A stretch of DNA of 64,000 nt, from positions 26,833,175 to 26,897,174 of the forward strand of contig NC_092677.1 in the NCBI RefSeq assembly GCF_964355755.1, in the 5' to 3' direction. A program made the translations under genes and the position numbers. This document shows, piece after piece, positions 1 through 11,076 of the stretch. The stretch comes from Antedon mediterranea (Eukaryota; Animalia; Echinodermata). The notes under the pieces were generated by a model. It had not been told where the DNA came from and did no database searches. It was given only the letters and a program-made list of their open reading frames with translations. Numbering within the stretch: the stretch's first letter is position 1; every line of letters starts with the position of its first letter.

Positions 1-1951
1 ACATGATTTCAGATTTTTTGTACAATAATGAAAATAACCCCTTTTCAACATTTTTCAAATATAATTATATTTTGAACGGGTATATGGAAATATTACTCAA
101 CTATTTATGTAGGAAAAAAATTATTTTGTCGAAAATAATTTTTTACCCAAACAAACAGCGTACAATTAAACAGTTATACAGGATTGTAACAATACCAATG
201 ACTCGCAGCGGGTCATGTTAAGAACGAAATTTTAAAAAATCAACTCACAGTGAGAAATTATTTACTCCGCTGGTTCTTGATTACTTCTGTTTACAAAAAA
301 AAAGATAAGTATAAAAAGATAAATTAGTATCTTCTTCTGAACGTACAGCTACTATTCGGTAAAGCTCTGAGAAACAGCCAAGCAACATGCAATCTCAACA
401 TATTCATAAACGGCTAGAAATTCACCCTAACAAATTTTCTAGTAGGCATTTCATAGTTGCTAGTTTAACATTTTAAAACTAACTAATGTTTGTTAGTTGT
501 AATTTGTTTTAGTTACTTTTACTGTAGTAAAGGTACTATATACTTGATGTGCCGGATTAATTAATTTACCAAAAATTCACTTGCTTTACTAATTTTTAAC
601 AACTAGGTAATGTTTGTTAAAAAAAGTAAATTTCTAGCCCTGAATAATGTTGAGAATATATCAAATACATTAATTTAGAAAGTAATACTTTATATTGCAA
701 TACCATAATACATAAATGTATTATCATAATATAGAATTTAAATGTGTACGTGTATAACTTTTGTTTTATTATGGTAGTACATGCACGGTGCATTTTAGAA
801 TTCAAAGGTTAGGTTCACATCATATTAGTATTAGTGTACAGATTTGAAAATATGTTTTTATTATGGTAATACATGCACGGTGCATCTTAAAATTAAAAGA
901 TTAGGTTCAAATCATATTGTTAGTAAGTGTATGCAGGTTAGTGTGCAAATGGTTACAAAACTACAGAATGTTTTTATAAATATATCAAATAATAATGTAT
1001 AGGTATTTTGAGCTATGCTACTGTACTAATAAAAGTATATACAATTTAAACAGATAGGAAAGTGTAGTTTGTAAAATTTGACAACATATTTGTATTCAAA
1101 TAAAATTTTGCATGCAAAAAAACATTGTTTTTAATTTATTCAAAAATTTCTCGTTTAGATTTGCTAGAGTTTGAATAAATTAAAATGTTAGTTGCAATTT
1201 ATACCCAGAATGCAACATGATCTGTTTAAGCCCCTCCCATTCTCAATCTACCTCATAAATTTGACAAATTAGCTTGTGTACCAGAATAGGTATGCAAGTT
1301 TGAAATTTGTACTTTGTACAACAAAATCAAATTGCATTCTGGGTAGTTTAAAAATAAAACAATGAAGACATATAAACAATAAATTCTGTCCAAGATGAAA
1401 TAAAATGTGAATGCCAATGATTGGAGATGATAATGAAATGGCTGAGATAACTTCCCACGGTAAAATGTTTTGTGAAATGTGGTTTCTTGATGGTAAATAA
1501 TAAGGCTTAAAAAACAAGTTTGTTTGCTTTCAAATTGATCAGCGAAAAAAAAAACACAAACATGCCCGCCATTCAAAATTAAAATGTGCCCGAGCCGTCC
1601 GCTAAGGTCACAGTTCATTTACAGCAAACAAACCTTCTTTTTGTAGCCCTAATTTTTCCTCCGAGTGCTTTCCAAATTCTAGATATTTGCAGTTTTTCAT
1701 ATCAGCAAACTCTGTCATTTAAATTTTGTTTATTTTTAATAAATAATTAATTATTGATATTCTGTACTCTGAATACTGCCTCTCTTCCCTGTGATAGAAA
1801 TATTCCAAAAGGCCGAATGATGCACATTGAAAAGAGAGAATTTTAGAATGGCCAGAAAGTTTTGGGAGCATGATTCACTATAAGATTAGATAAGATCAAA
1901 AACATTGCATTTAAATAGAATTCAGTTAGTATATAGCACCACAGGTGACAT

Positions 1952-2045
1952 CATGGTATAGCGTGCCATACCTTTCTTGCTATGTAACTCAGATTGCGCA
2001 TGGTATAGCGTGCCATACCTTTCTTGCTATGTAACTCAGATTGCG
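1952..2045. repeat. Perfect 47-bp tandem duplication inside an imperfect inverted repeat (about 1946-2103), in the predicted 3' UTR
   Basis: catggtatagcgtgccatacctttcttgctatgtaactcagattgcg occurs twice. tgacatcatggta..cctttcttgct pairs imperfectly with agcaaagg..taccatgaggtca. Confidence 0.85.
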
Positions 2046-2191
2046 GATGATGCCTTCACAAGCCGTAACAAGCAAAGGAATGCGATACGCTACCATGAGG
2101 TCAAAGTGTAGTACTCAATACCAGAAGGAATGTTGTGAATTAGGATTGGTTTTGTGAAATTGGTTGGACAGTATTGATTGATCATATGCCG

Positions 2192-2519
2192 TTAGTTCAT
2201 CACACACCCTTTAGCTTCATCCGTCGTGTTCTGCTCTGGGGTAGAATCGGGTTGGGGTTCAGCAGGGGTCTCAGCGGGTTCAGGGTCGGTTGCAGCCGGT
2301 GGCTCAACCGGTGCAGGAGGTTCGACCGGTGCAGAAGGTTCAACTGGTGCAAGAGGCTCAACTGGTGCAGGAGTTTCAACTGGTGCTTCCTCTGCAGGTT
2401 GCTCTGCCTTCAGGTCTTCACCAGCTCCTGGTGGTGAGGGTTCGGTGCCGTTGATTTCAAGGGTATCCTGATCACTTAGCATGGGTGTTTTTTCATCACA
2501 AGGGGGCGCCATATCTGAT
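2192..2519 (-). CDS. NCAM: NCAM-like terminal exon, PEST/Pro-Glu-rich tail (SDMAPPCDEKTPMLSDQ..(APVEPx)5..EAKGCVMN*)
   Basis: ctcacag acceptor; ORF 2192..2512. DEKTPML resembles NCAM NETTPLT. Contains an 18-bp coding repeat; stop TAA. Confidence 0.85.
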
Positions 2520-3319
2520 CTGTGAGGGTTTGGTGTAGAGAGGCAAAGTGAGTGGACTGCATTGAAAAGTGTGCCAAAACAACAACTCAGATTGGGGTGA
2601 ATATGTCATGAAAATTAAACTGACTACACAATGCATGAATAAACATGTTAAGAGACTGAAATGATATGTATGGCATAGAGATTATATTGTGATAATATCA
2701 CAGTTTTATATTGATATCACTAACATATCTATTGTTATTATACTTGTACAGACCTTCCAACTAAAGCTTGCACATTTGTTTGACAATTTTTATTCCTATT
2801 TTTTATTTTACTATAAATTGTTCATCAATAATTAGAAAAATATCAAATTTGTTTTCAAATTTGAAATTTAAAAAAAAATAATTGAGAAAAAAATATTTTG
2901 TCTTTTAGGTTAGGAGGTCTGTCTATAACCAGGTTTAATGCATTGACCAGTTCACTAGGTTTATTGACTAGGTATATAACTGGTTATCAATGGTAATTAA
3001 CTGTGTAGTTAACTAAAATGCAATGTTATTACAGCAACCAGTTGTAGAACCTGATTATAAATTGGTTAAACCAGATATAAATTGGTGTTATTTAACTGGA
3101 AATTTAAAAAATTCTGAGATAACCAATAATAATATTGTTGAATATTGTAAATTAAGTTTTAACTGAGTGTGTCTCAAATTAGAGAATTTTCAGATGATCA
3201 AAAAGTAGTTTACAGGCAAAAATAAAAGATGCAGTTTCAAGAAAAGGGGTAGCCATTAATTTTCAACCAATTATGCATTAGTCAACCAACTTATGTTAAT
3301 GAGTAGTAGTCTTACACAC

Positions 3320-3421
3320 CCAATTAGTTTGTCCTTTTCTACCGGTGGATCACTGGGGGCGCTACCATCGCCGTCTTCTCGAATCTCTGAGTAGGCGACC
3401 TTGCCTTTACCGGCTTCACCC
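3320..3421 (-). CDS. NCAM: NCAM-like cytoplasmic exon (EGEAGKGKVAYSEIREDGDGSAPSDPPVEKDKLIG)
   Basis: aaacag acceptor. GKVAYS resembles NCAM GKAAFS. The donor region GG|GTGTGTAAGA has three overlapping GT options; the phase-2 one keeps frame with the last exon via the 2520-2521 acceptor. Confidence 0.85.
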
Positions 3422-3530
3422 CTGTTTGTGAGGAAAAGTGTGTCAACATTCTTGTGCAACCTTATACCATGTATCAGATTGTATTAGTTGTTATTTTATA
3501 CCAGGCAAAATCATCAAAGTTACTGTTTTA

Positions 3531-3671
3531 AGCTCTGTCTACACAAATTTTATGTGACAAAAAATGTGATGTGCCCATATATGGACATGATGATGTCATG
3601 ATGCATATCATTACCATAACTAAGCACATCACACTTTTTTGTCAAACTAGTTCGATAGTGTAGACAGAGCT
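3531..3671. mobile_element. PIF/Harbinger-like MITE (family A)
   Basis: TIR agctctgtctacac..gtgtagacagagct, TWA-type flanks, internal gatgtgcccatatatggacatgatgatgtca core. Confidence 0.8.
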
Positions 3672-3685
3672 TAACACTACTACTT

Positions 3686-3767
3686 TTAGTGCTGGATGAA
3701 AGGCTGGAAACCCCCACAGGGCTGGGAAAACCCCACAGCCTCCATCCATCCATTATGACGATTACAT
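3686..3767 (-). CDS. Candidate alternative cytoplasmic exon with stop (ECNRHNGWMEAVGFSQPCGGFQPFIQH*)
   Basis: CACTAAC branch point, then ttttattttgttccag acceptor. Open in the phase-2 frame left by the TM exon; GC-rich island. Confidence 0.45.
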
Positions 3768-4135
3768 CTGGAACAAAATAAAACCTTTACAATGTTAGTG
3801 CATTGTGGGAATATATCGTCATGCACCAATAGTCACTTCAGACATGCTGCGCTTGTTATCAGTGAAATATATGTAATTTGCATAATCAACCTTTGACCTT
3901 GGTGATAAAAATATTGCAATGATTCACCTTTATCTGTCTTCTACAAATGTATATTTAACTGCGTTTAAATTACTGTGAAGGATGAATACAAAGTATACAA
4001 TAACATAAAACAGTACTGGGACACACAGATTATAAACAGGCATTTAGTATTAATGTTATTGTTAAGGAGTTAGTAGTTGATTCTAGTAACAGTTCCTATG
4101 TTGAAATATTCTATTTAGTGTTGTTAACTTGCAGT

Positions 4136-4283
4136 ATAAAATATTTGCAATACCCTGGATAAAAACATTTGCAATACCCTGGATAAAAACATTTGCAATA
4201 CCCTGGATAAAAACATTTGCAATACCCTGGATAAAAACATTTGCAATACCCTGGATAAAAACATTTGCAATACCCTGGATAAA
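4136..4283. repeat. 24-bp minisatellite, about 6 copies
   Basis: Unit ataaaaacatttgcaataccctgg. Confidence 0.95.
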
Positions 4284-4344
4284 GTTTTGTTGCTTTAAAT
4301 TAGCTGATGATGGCTAAAACACATAAACTAAGCAATTGTCATTT

Positions 4345-5187
4345 AGGGACCATGTCAAAATTATTCTACTGCAGTTACTTTCTACTGCAGTTACTGCAGT
4401 AACTACATGTATTTACTGCAATAATTTAGTTTGTTTCAAAGTAGAAGTTTATGAATTAAAGTCAGTCACTGCAATAAAAAATGTGTTTTAATATTATTAC
4501 CCCCAAAAAAACTGGTTAACACGTTCACTGCCACGGCGTATTTATACGTCAAAAATTGCGTGTCGCTACTTGCCAAGACGTAATACTACGTCAAAATCGT
4601 AGCACTTTTGTATTGTATGTAGAATCGCTGGCAGTGGTGATTGGAACAGGAATTATCGCATGGCAGTTTATGAATGATGTACGTAAACGATAATCTAAAA
4701 ATAAATGTCATATGTTTGTTTGTGTTTATTCCCTCATGCATTGAATATGGTTGATACGATGGCGCCCTCACACTCAATATAATCATCTCAAACATGTCAT
4801 AAATTGCGCTAATAGTAAATAAAAATAATAAAGGATGAAATGATTCAGTGTGGTTTACTGTTTTTATCTCTCGATGATAGGTTTGACCGATTTTAGCGCG
4901 GAAAATCCCCGACGTATATTTACGTTCCTGGCAAAGTCAATAAAATTGTTGGACCATTGCCAGTGACGTATTTATACGTCTCAACGGTTTTTCCCGCCAT
5001 CGTATTTTGAATGACATCATGATAGTCTGTGACCAGATGTTACACTTTCAAACTGTAATTTAATATGTAAACGGGACTTGGCACTGGGACAGAAATTACG
5101 GAAAATGCCTTGGCAGTCAATGTGTTAAAGAGTAAAGAAAATGCAGTTACTGCAGTAACTGCATTATAATCATTTTGACGCGGTCCT
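4345..5187. mobile_element. Small TIR element (agggaccatgtcaaaa..ttttgacgcggtcct) with ctgcagttac repeats, interrupted by a piggyBac-like MITE
   Basis: Imperfect TIRs; actgcagttactgcagt repeats on both sides of the insert. A similar 5' end occurs at about 59433. Confidence 0.55.
4520..5124. mobile_element. piggyBac-like non-autonomous element
   Basis: TTAA|cacgttcactgcca..tggcagtcaatgtg|TTAA, with internal gacgtatttatacgtc repeats. Confidence 0.75.
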
Positions 5188-5299
5188 TTTAGAATTTAAG
5201 GATGATTAAAATCTTAACCTACAAGAGATAAGTAAAGTATGAAGACATATTGATTCTCAGTACTAAAGGTAACTGAAATAAATGATTCCTAAACCCTAA

Positions 5300-5440
5300 T
5301 GCCCTGTTTACACTATCAAATTGTATGCGACAACAAAATGTTGATGTGCCCAAATATGGACATGATGATGTCATTATCAGTACTATATTTGGGCACATCA
5401 AACTATTTTGTCAAACTAGTTTGATAGCGTAGACAGAGCT
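5300..5440. mobile_element. PIF/Harbinger-like MITE (family A)
   Basis: gccctgtttacactatcaaa..tttgatagcgtagacagagct. Confidence 0.8.
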
Positions 5441-5614
5441 TAAGTCATTGCTTCTAAGAGGCAGAAACCAAACTCATTCTTAAAATTGAATCGACTGCAG
5501 TAACTGCTGTAACAAGAAGTAAACAGTTAGTTAACACCCAATGTATGGATTCCAATTAGTAAATGTATGTACCCTAAAATGTTGTAAGTAATCCAAAGGT
5601 TTAAGTATGTATAT

Positions 5615-5869
5615 TGATGTATTGTCTCCCAAAACAATGAATGAAATCAATAAAATCAAACTTTAAAATAGACATTTTGTAGTTTTAATTTATCATGTTA
5701 TTTACTTTTCAAAAAAAAAAAAAAAAAACCGATTTTGTTCATAAAAAGACTGACAAAATATTTCCCCCTTTAATTTATGGTTTTATCAGGTAAATAATTC
5801 TTTTTTTCAATCCAATTTTGTATCTAAGTAATTTTTTTTTACATAATTTTTTTGGAAGACAATATATCT
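5615..5869. mobile_element. Kolobok-like MITE (family K), degenerate
   Basis: gatgtattgtctccc..ggaagacaatatatct|ttaa; same termini as the copies at 22567 and 22961. Confidence 0.5.
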
Positions 5870-6346
5870 TTAATGTTTTATATACATCATTATGGTCATA
5901 CAGAAAAAGCATTATATTAACCTTATCATATTGTATTTTCATAGAACAAACAAAAACGATATTAAATGTAGCAGTACATTTAGGCATCTGAACAAAAAGC
6001 TAGATGAAAATTCCCTATCTATGCATTTCATTTAGTATTACTGCAGTAACTATGCAATACTTTACATTACTGCAGTAATTATGCAATACATTGCATCACT
6101 GTACGAACATGATAGTTAATAACAGATAGGTACATGACTCAACATACCAACAGAGAGTAAATAAAGAAAAGAAAACAGAAGAAAGGAGAGAAAAATAGTA
6201 AATGATAAAAAATCTACTGAAAGAAGAACATGTCCGTATGCAAACTTTTTTTCAAATACAACACTAAAAATTCCTGAATAATCTAGCTACATACATTCAA
6301 CATATAATTAATAAACTAGATCAAATATATGTTATTAGACTAAAAC

Positions 6347-7183
6347 CAAAGAATATATATCACAAGAATGAGTAATCCGCGATTTTCCCTGTAACAGTAA
6401 TATTGTCCATGTGGTAGGGCGCCGCCATAAGTGTGGATGTATCTGGGATGTATACAACTTTTTGTGACGGTTTCACTAATCAAAGGCTGGACCACCGGTA
6501 GTATTTTCATGATAAAAAATGTTATCAACTACATGCCAACATCATGTTAAATACTATTTGGATATTTAATTGTTCGTTTTATGCTATTTATTTAGTAAAA
6601 ACTGCCGTATAAACAGTTTGCTTTATCAACCGGGCGCTACAATAGCGTGACCGGGCGTGTTGGTGTTTACGCGTTTTCATGTAGGATAGTTTAATAATAT
6701 TCCTATATTTAACTTGTTTCTGGTAAAACAAATAAATGTTAATGACATTTAACATTTTATCCTATTAATAACATGTATTTTATACTAATTTATATCATAA
6801 AAACAATACTTAATTTACCGGGCGTAGAGTAGTACGCGGCAATGGTAAAGAATAGGCCAGTGCTGAGTAACGATTTGTTGATTTTGGTGTTGCTGTGTTA
6901 GGCCTTTTTTGTGAACTAATTTAGCATGTTAGTAAATAATTGTCTGTAAAAGTGAATGTACACTAGTTTGTTAATAAATATGTATTATAAAATAGTTTAC
7001 AATTGCAAAATATATTATCATAATTCTATTTAATGTGACATGTATAATATCTATTAAATCAAGTCTTATTTAGTATGTATACATCCGCCCTTATGAGGGC
7101 GGGCATCACTCTCTGGAGCTCTCTGTTACAAATTTCTCATGCAAAAATCGCGGAATACTCATTCTTGTGATATATATTCTTTG
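6347..7183. mobile_element. Non-autonomous P-element-like DNA transposon (837 bp)
   Basis: About 40-bp near-perfect TIR caaagaatatatatcacaagaatgagtaatccgcgatttt, and a 7-bp TSD ctaaaac on both sides. CA termini with a 7-8 bp TSD are typical of the P superfamily. Confidence 0.8.
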
Positions 7184-8673
7184 CTAAAACTAACAATCAA
7201 AATACTAGACAGATGTCTTATCTATAATATCAGTAGACTTCATAAGGTGTGGCTATACCATGCGTAGTATAACATAAAAGAGCTATTTAAAAATATCAAG
7301 CATTGGGCTTTCTAAAGCACGGTATCCTCTAGTGTGTGCATTGTGGGAAATGCGTCACTAACACATTTTTCATCCCTCTTTATTTAACCAAAAGGGACTA
7401 TAGTTAGTATCTAGATTGTAACTTTATGCTCTATTATGATATTTAGCAAATTGCACCTTTAACTGGACACTAAAGATCACGGAAAATAGCAGGAAAGCAT
7501 TGCAGGTTTTATCGGGAGATAGCATTTTCTATCAAAAATGCCATGCAAACCAAACCATGAAAAAGTCAGCGAACTACCATACGGTTAGTATAAATCATCC
7601 ATGCTAGTATATTTTTGATTGGATTTTACATGCTATATTTTGCCAAAATTGATTCTTTCATAAACATGCAGGTAACCTAGAATTAGTATTACTAATTAAT
7701 ATAGCTTTCTCTTAACTGCAAGCATCAAACTAATTGTATAACTAGCAGGGTTTGGTTGCTCAAAAGACACACCCATTGACTGTGACATCACAACTATTAG
7801 CCTGTTGATTGGTGGATTTTCCAGGACTATTAGTCTCATCTACGAGAGTCTTTTTACCAGTACCATTTTCTTTTTCCCTGCAGAAGTATCATTATATAAA
7901 TGCAAACTTTCGAAAAAAAAAACTAAATTAACCAAAAAGCATGAGCATTCAGTGGAACTACAGTAAACTTAAAAAAATCTATGTAAGCCACAATTTAATG
8001 TCTTGCACAAGAACATTCAAAATAACTACCATAGTTATTAGAGTAAACAATTAATTGCCAATAACAAGTGTACATTAAAAAGCAGGTAGTGTAAAATAAA
8101 TATACAGTAATAATAATGTTCAATTTAAATAGCGCAAAATACAGGGCGTCTCCAAGCTCTGAACAAAAAATGTAAAAAGCACTAATTAAATAATACTTAA
8201 TACACATAATATCTCTAAAAAAACAACATGAATGACACGATACTCTACTACTAACATCAGTATGAAACTGGAAATCTACTTGGATTTAATTTATTAAGAG
8301 AGTCAGTTATATAAATAATAATAATTAAAATTCCTTAATTAAAACCAGGCAACCACATAGAGGTTAATATAATAGTCAGTCATCTCGTCACCTATCATTA
8401 CATTATAATAATACATTATAAACTAAATACACTAATAAGAAGAATGAATATATGGTTAAAAATGGTTTAAGACATTCATTAAAACGCTAGATCTCTCTTA
8501 AGTAAGTACTAAGCAACAACATAGGTGAATCATAACATTGGATAATCTTACAATCTAATGAAAGGGATGCAAACAACTTTGTGATTAGTTCTAGTAGGTC
8601 ATTACAAGGAAACAAATGGATTGCAAAATGTGTTGCATAATGTACTACTAACTATAGACAATTTCAATGAACA

Positions 8674-9090
8674 TATGAATGAGCCCTACATAGGGGCATG
8701 CTGAAAGGGCTACTAATGGCCTACATATTGTAGGGGCAACCTAAATGACCCATGAATGCCCTACATAGGGGCACGCTAAAAGGGCTACTAATGGCCTACA
8801 CACTGTAGGGGCAACCTAAAAGACCCATGAATGCCCTACATAGGGGCATGCTAAAAGGGCTACTAATGGCCTACATACTGTAGGCGCAACCTAAAAGACC
8901 CATGAATGCCCTACATAGGGGAACGCTAAAAGGGCTACTAATGGCCTACATACTGTAGGGGCAACCTAAATGACCCATGAATGCCCTACATAGGGGCACG
9001 CTAAAAGGGCTACTAATGGCCTACATACTGTAGGGGCAACCTAAAAGACCCATGAATGCCCTACTTAGGGGCACCCTGAAAGACCCATGC
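8674..9090. repeat. 75-bp tandem repeat, about 5.5 copies, with internal palindromes
   Basis: Unit catgaatgccctacataggggcacgctaaaagggctactaatggcctacatactgtaggggcaacctaaaagacc; copies start at 8751, 8826, 8901, 8976 and 9051. Confidence 0.95.
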
Positions 9091-9418
9091 CCTTTAGATG
9101 TATCTGTTAAAGGCAGAAAAAAAATGTCAAATTTAGACTGTAGACTATAATGCAAGTCTTTTGATTAGTTAATTCTGATGTGAAACACTTTGTCACCTAA
9201 GTTATAATATATATAAATCATTATTATTATATAAAAACAATGCTGTTTACACGCCACTGCTGGACGTCAAGAAAACTCAAATAGCACAGTGAATCCTGTA
9301 AAAGCAATGTAGACGTGGCAGACAGAATTGGTTACCAACTACCAAGATATGTCAACAGTCATACTATGCAAAAGGAACCATGCTGCTGATCACTGCTAAA
9401 GTTAAATACTACAACCAC

Positions 9419-9969
9419 CATAGTGGCCAAGGATCCTATGTAATGGTCCTATGTAATGTGGGACCAGACATAGTGACAGAGGATCCTATGTAATGTGGGA
9501 CCAGACATAGTGACAGAGGATCCTATGTAATGTGGGACCAGACATAGTGACAGAGGATCCTATGTAATGTGGGACCAGACATAGTGGCAGAGGATCCTAT
9601 GTAATGTGGGACCAGACATAGTGGCAGAGGATCCTATGTAATGTGGGACCAGACATAGTGACAGAGGATCCTATGTAATGTGGGACCAGACATAGTGACA
9701 GAGGATCCTATGTAATGTGGGACCAGACATAGTGGCTGAGGATCCTATGTAATGTAGGACCAGACATAGTGGCCGAGGATCTTATGTAATGTGGGACCAG
9801 ACATAGTGGCTGAGGATCCTATGTAATGTAGGACCATAGTGGCCAAGAATCCTATGTAATGTAGGACCAGACATAGTGGCTGAGGATCCTATGTAATGTA
9901 GGACCATAGTGGCCAAGGATCCTATGTAATGTGGGACCAGACATAGTGGCTGAGGATCCTATGTAATGT
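9419..9969. repeat. 37-bp minisatellite, about 15 copies, abutting the TM-exon donor
   Basis: Unit ggatcctatgtaatgtgggaccagacatagtgacaga. Confidence 0.95.
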
Positions 9970-9997
9970 GCATTCAATACAAGTTCTGTCTACTTAC

Positions 9998-10193
9998 TCG
10001 CCAAGTTCCACTTCAGTTGCTTTCGTTCCTGGTGCCTGTCGTCCACAGCAATGCACGCATAGACACATGGTCATTCCGCAGTCGTTTACAATACAACACG
10101 AGATGTCGACAACAATTAATACGATTAAGAACGCCGCAATTACGATGCCAATGATGGTTCCCTTTTCTAAACCTACAGATTCTGCCGGTTTAA
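9998..10193 (-). CDS. NCAM: NCAM-like transmembrane exon (VKPAESVGLEKGTIIGIVIAAFLIVLIVVDISCCIVNDCGMTMCLCVHCCGRQAPGTKATEVELG)
   Basis: ttgcag/gtaagt, 196 nt, phase 1 to 2. TM followed by VVDISC..N.CG..MC....CG, the NCAM/Fas2 signature. Confidence 0.95.
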
Positions 10194-10750
10194 CTGCAAA
10201 TTGAAAAACAGTTCTCAATAAATTACTAATGCTCAAAGTTCAAAATTAAAACACTACTTAAGAACCAGTAAACTTTGTATGCTGTCTCCCAACATCTTTT
10301 TATACATTATATCGTATGTATTGAAGAAAAAATAATTCTGTTTACTTGTTCTTACATACAAACAAAATTATACAGCTGTTCGCAATTTTGGACAGAGTGT
10401 GATATAATTATTTATAACAATTTAATTAATATTGATAGGGAGCTAAAAAGGAGATTAGGAAAGGAAGATGTAAATCAACATTTTCAAAAAGCACTTCTAC
10501 ACATGCTTGTATATATTGTGCACATAAATCAAAAGATTATATGATAAGCCAACAGTTTAATTTGTGAATTTATTAGTGGGGGGAAAAAACTCAAAAAGCA
10601 TTCTAGAGCAAAACTCCCGAGGTTACACACGCCAAACAAAAACATGAGTGTTGACGCTTCGGGTATGTGTAAACTCTGGAATACAGCTAGGTGATGTGAA
10701 AAGGGTATTTTGACACGCTTGGGTTAGGTCCGGTTTTTATGAAGTCTGGA

Positions 10751-10761
10751 ATTATAATAAT

Positions 10762-10797
<36 letters not shown>

Positions 10798-10975
10798 TTA
10801 GGTATTTGTATAGCGCAAGAATCAACTAAACCGAAGTAAAAATCAAAGGCGCTAATATATTGGATGTTAAAAAGATGCGTTTTAAGTTCTTTTTTAAAAA
10901 TAGCAATAGAAGTTGATTTAGTATTAATTATTAGTATTATTCGCCATTGTGGGACCATAAGAACTTCCAATTAAA
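10751..10975 (-). mobile_element. 3' end of an L2/CR1-group LINE with (TTA)n tail
   Basis: Minus frame reads ..SIAIFKKELKTHLF, a typical ORF2 C-terminus, followed by gcgctatacaaat and a (tta)n microsatellite tail. Confidence 0.75.
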
Positions 10976-11076
10976 GTTACCTCTGTGCTAAATACAAGTA
11001 CGATAATCTAATATTGTACAACAATACTATGTAATAATGTATACACTACACATATAGATAACAACATACAGTAATA

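Noticed and set aside
2174-2471. Plus-strand Gly/Ser- and Arg/Cys-rich ORFs
   Set aside because: Antisense shadows of the Pro/Glu-rich terminal exon.
4129-4317. ORF with (KTFAIPWI)n repeats
   Set aside because: Translation of a 24-bp intronic minisatellite; no splice or coding context.
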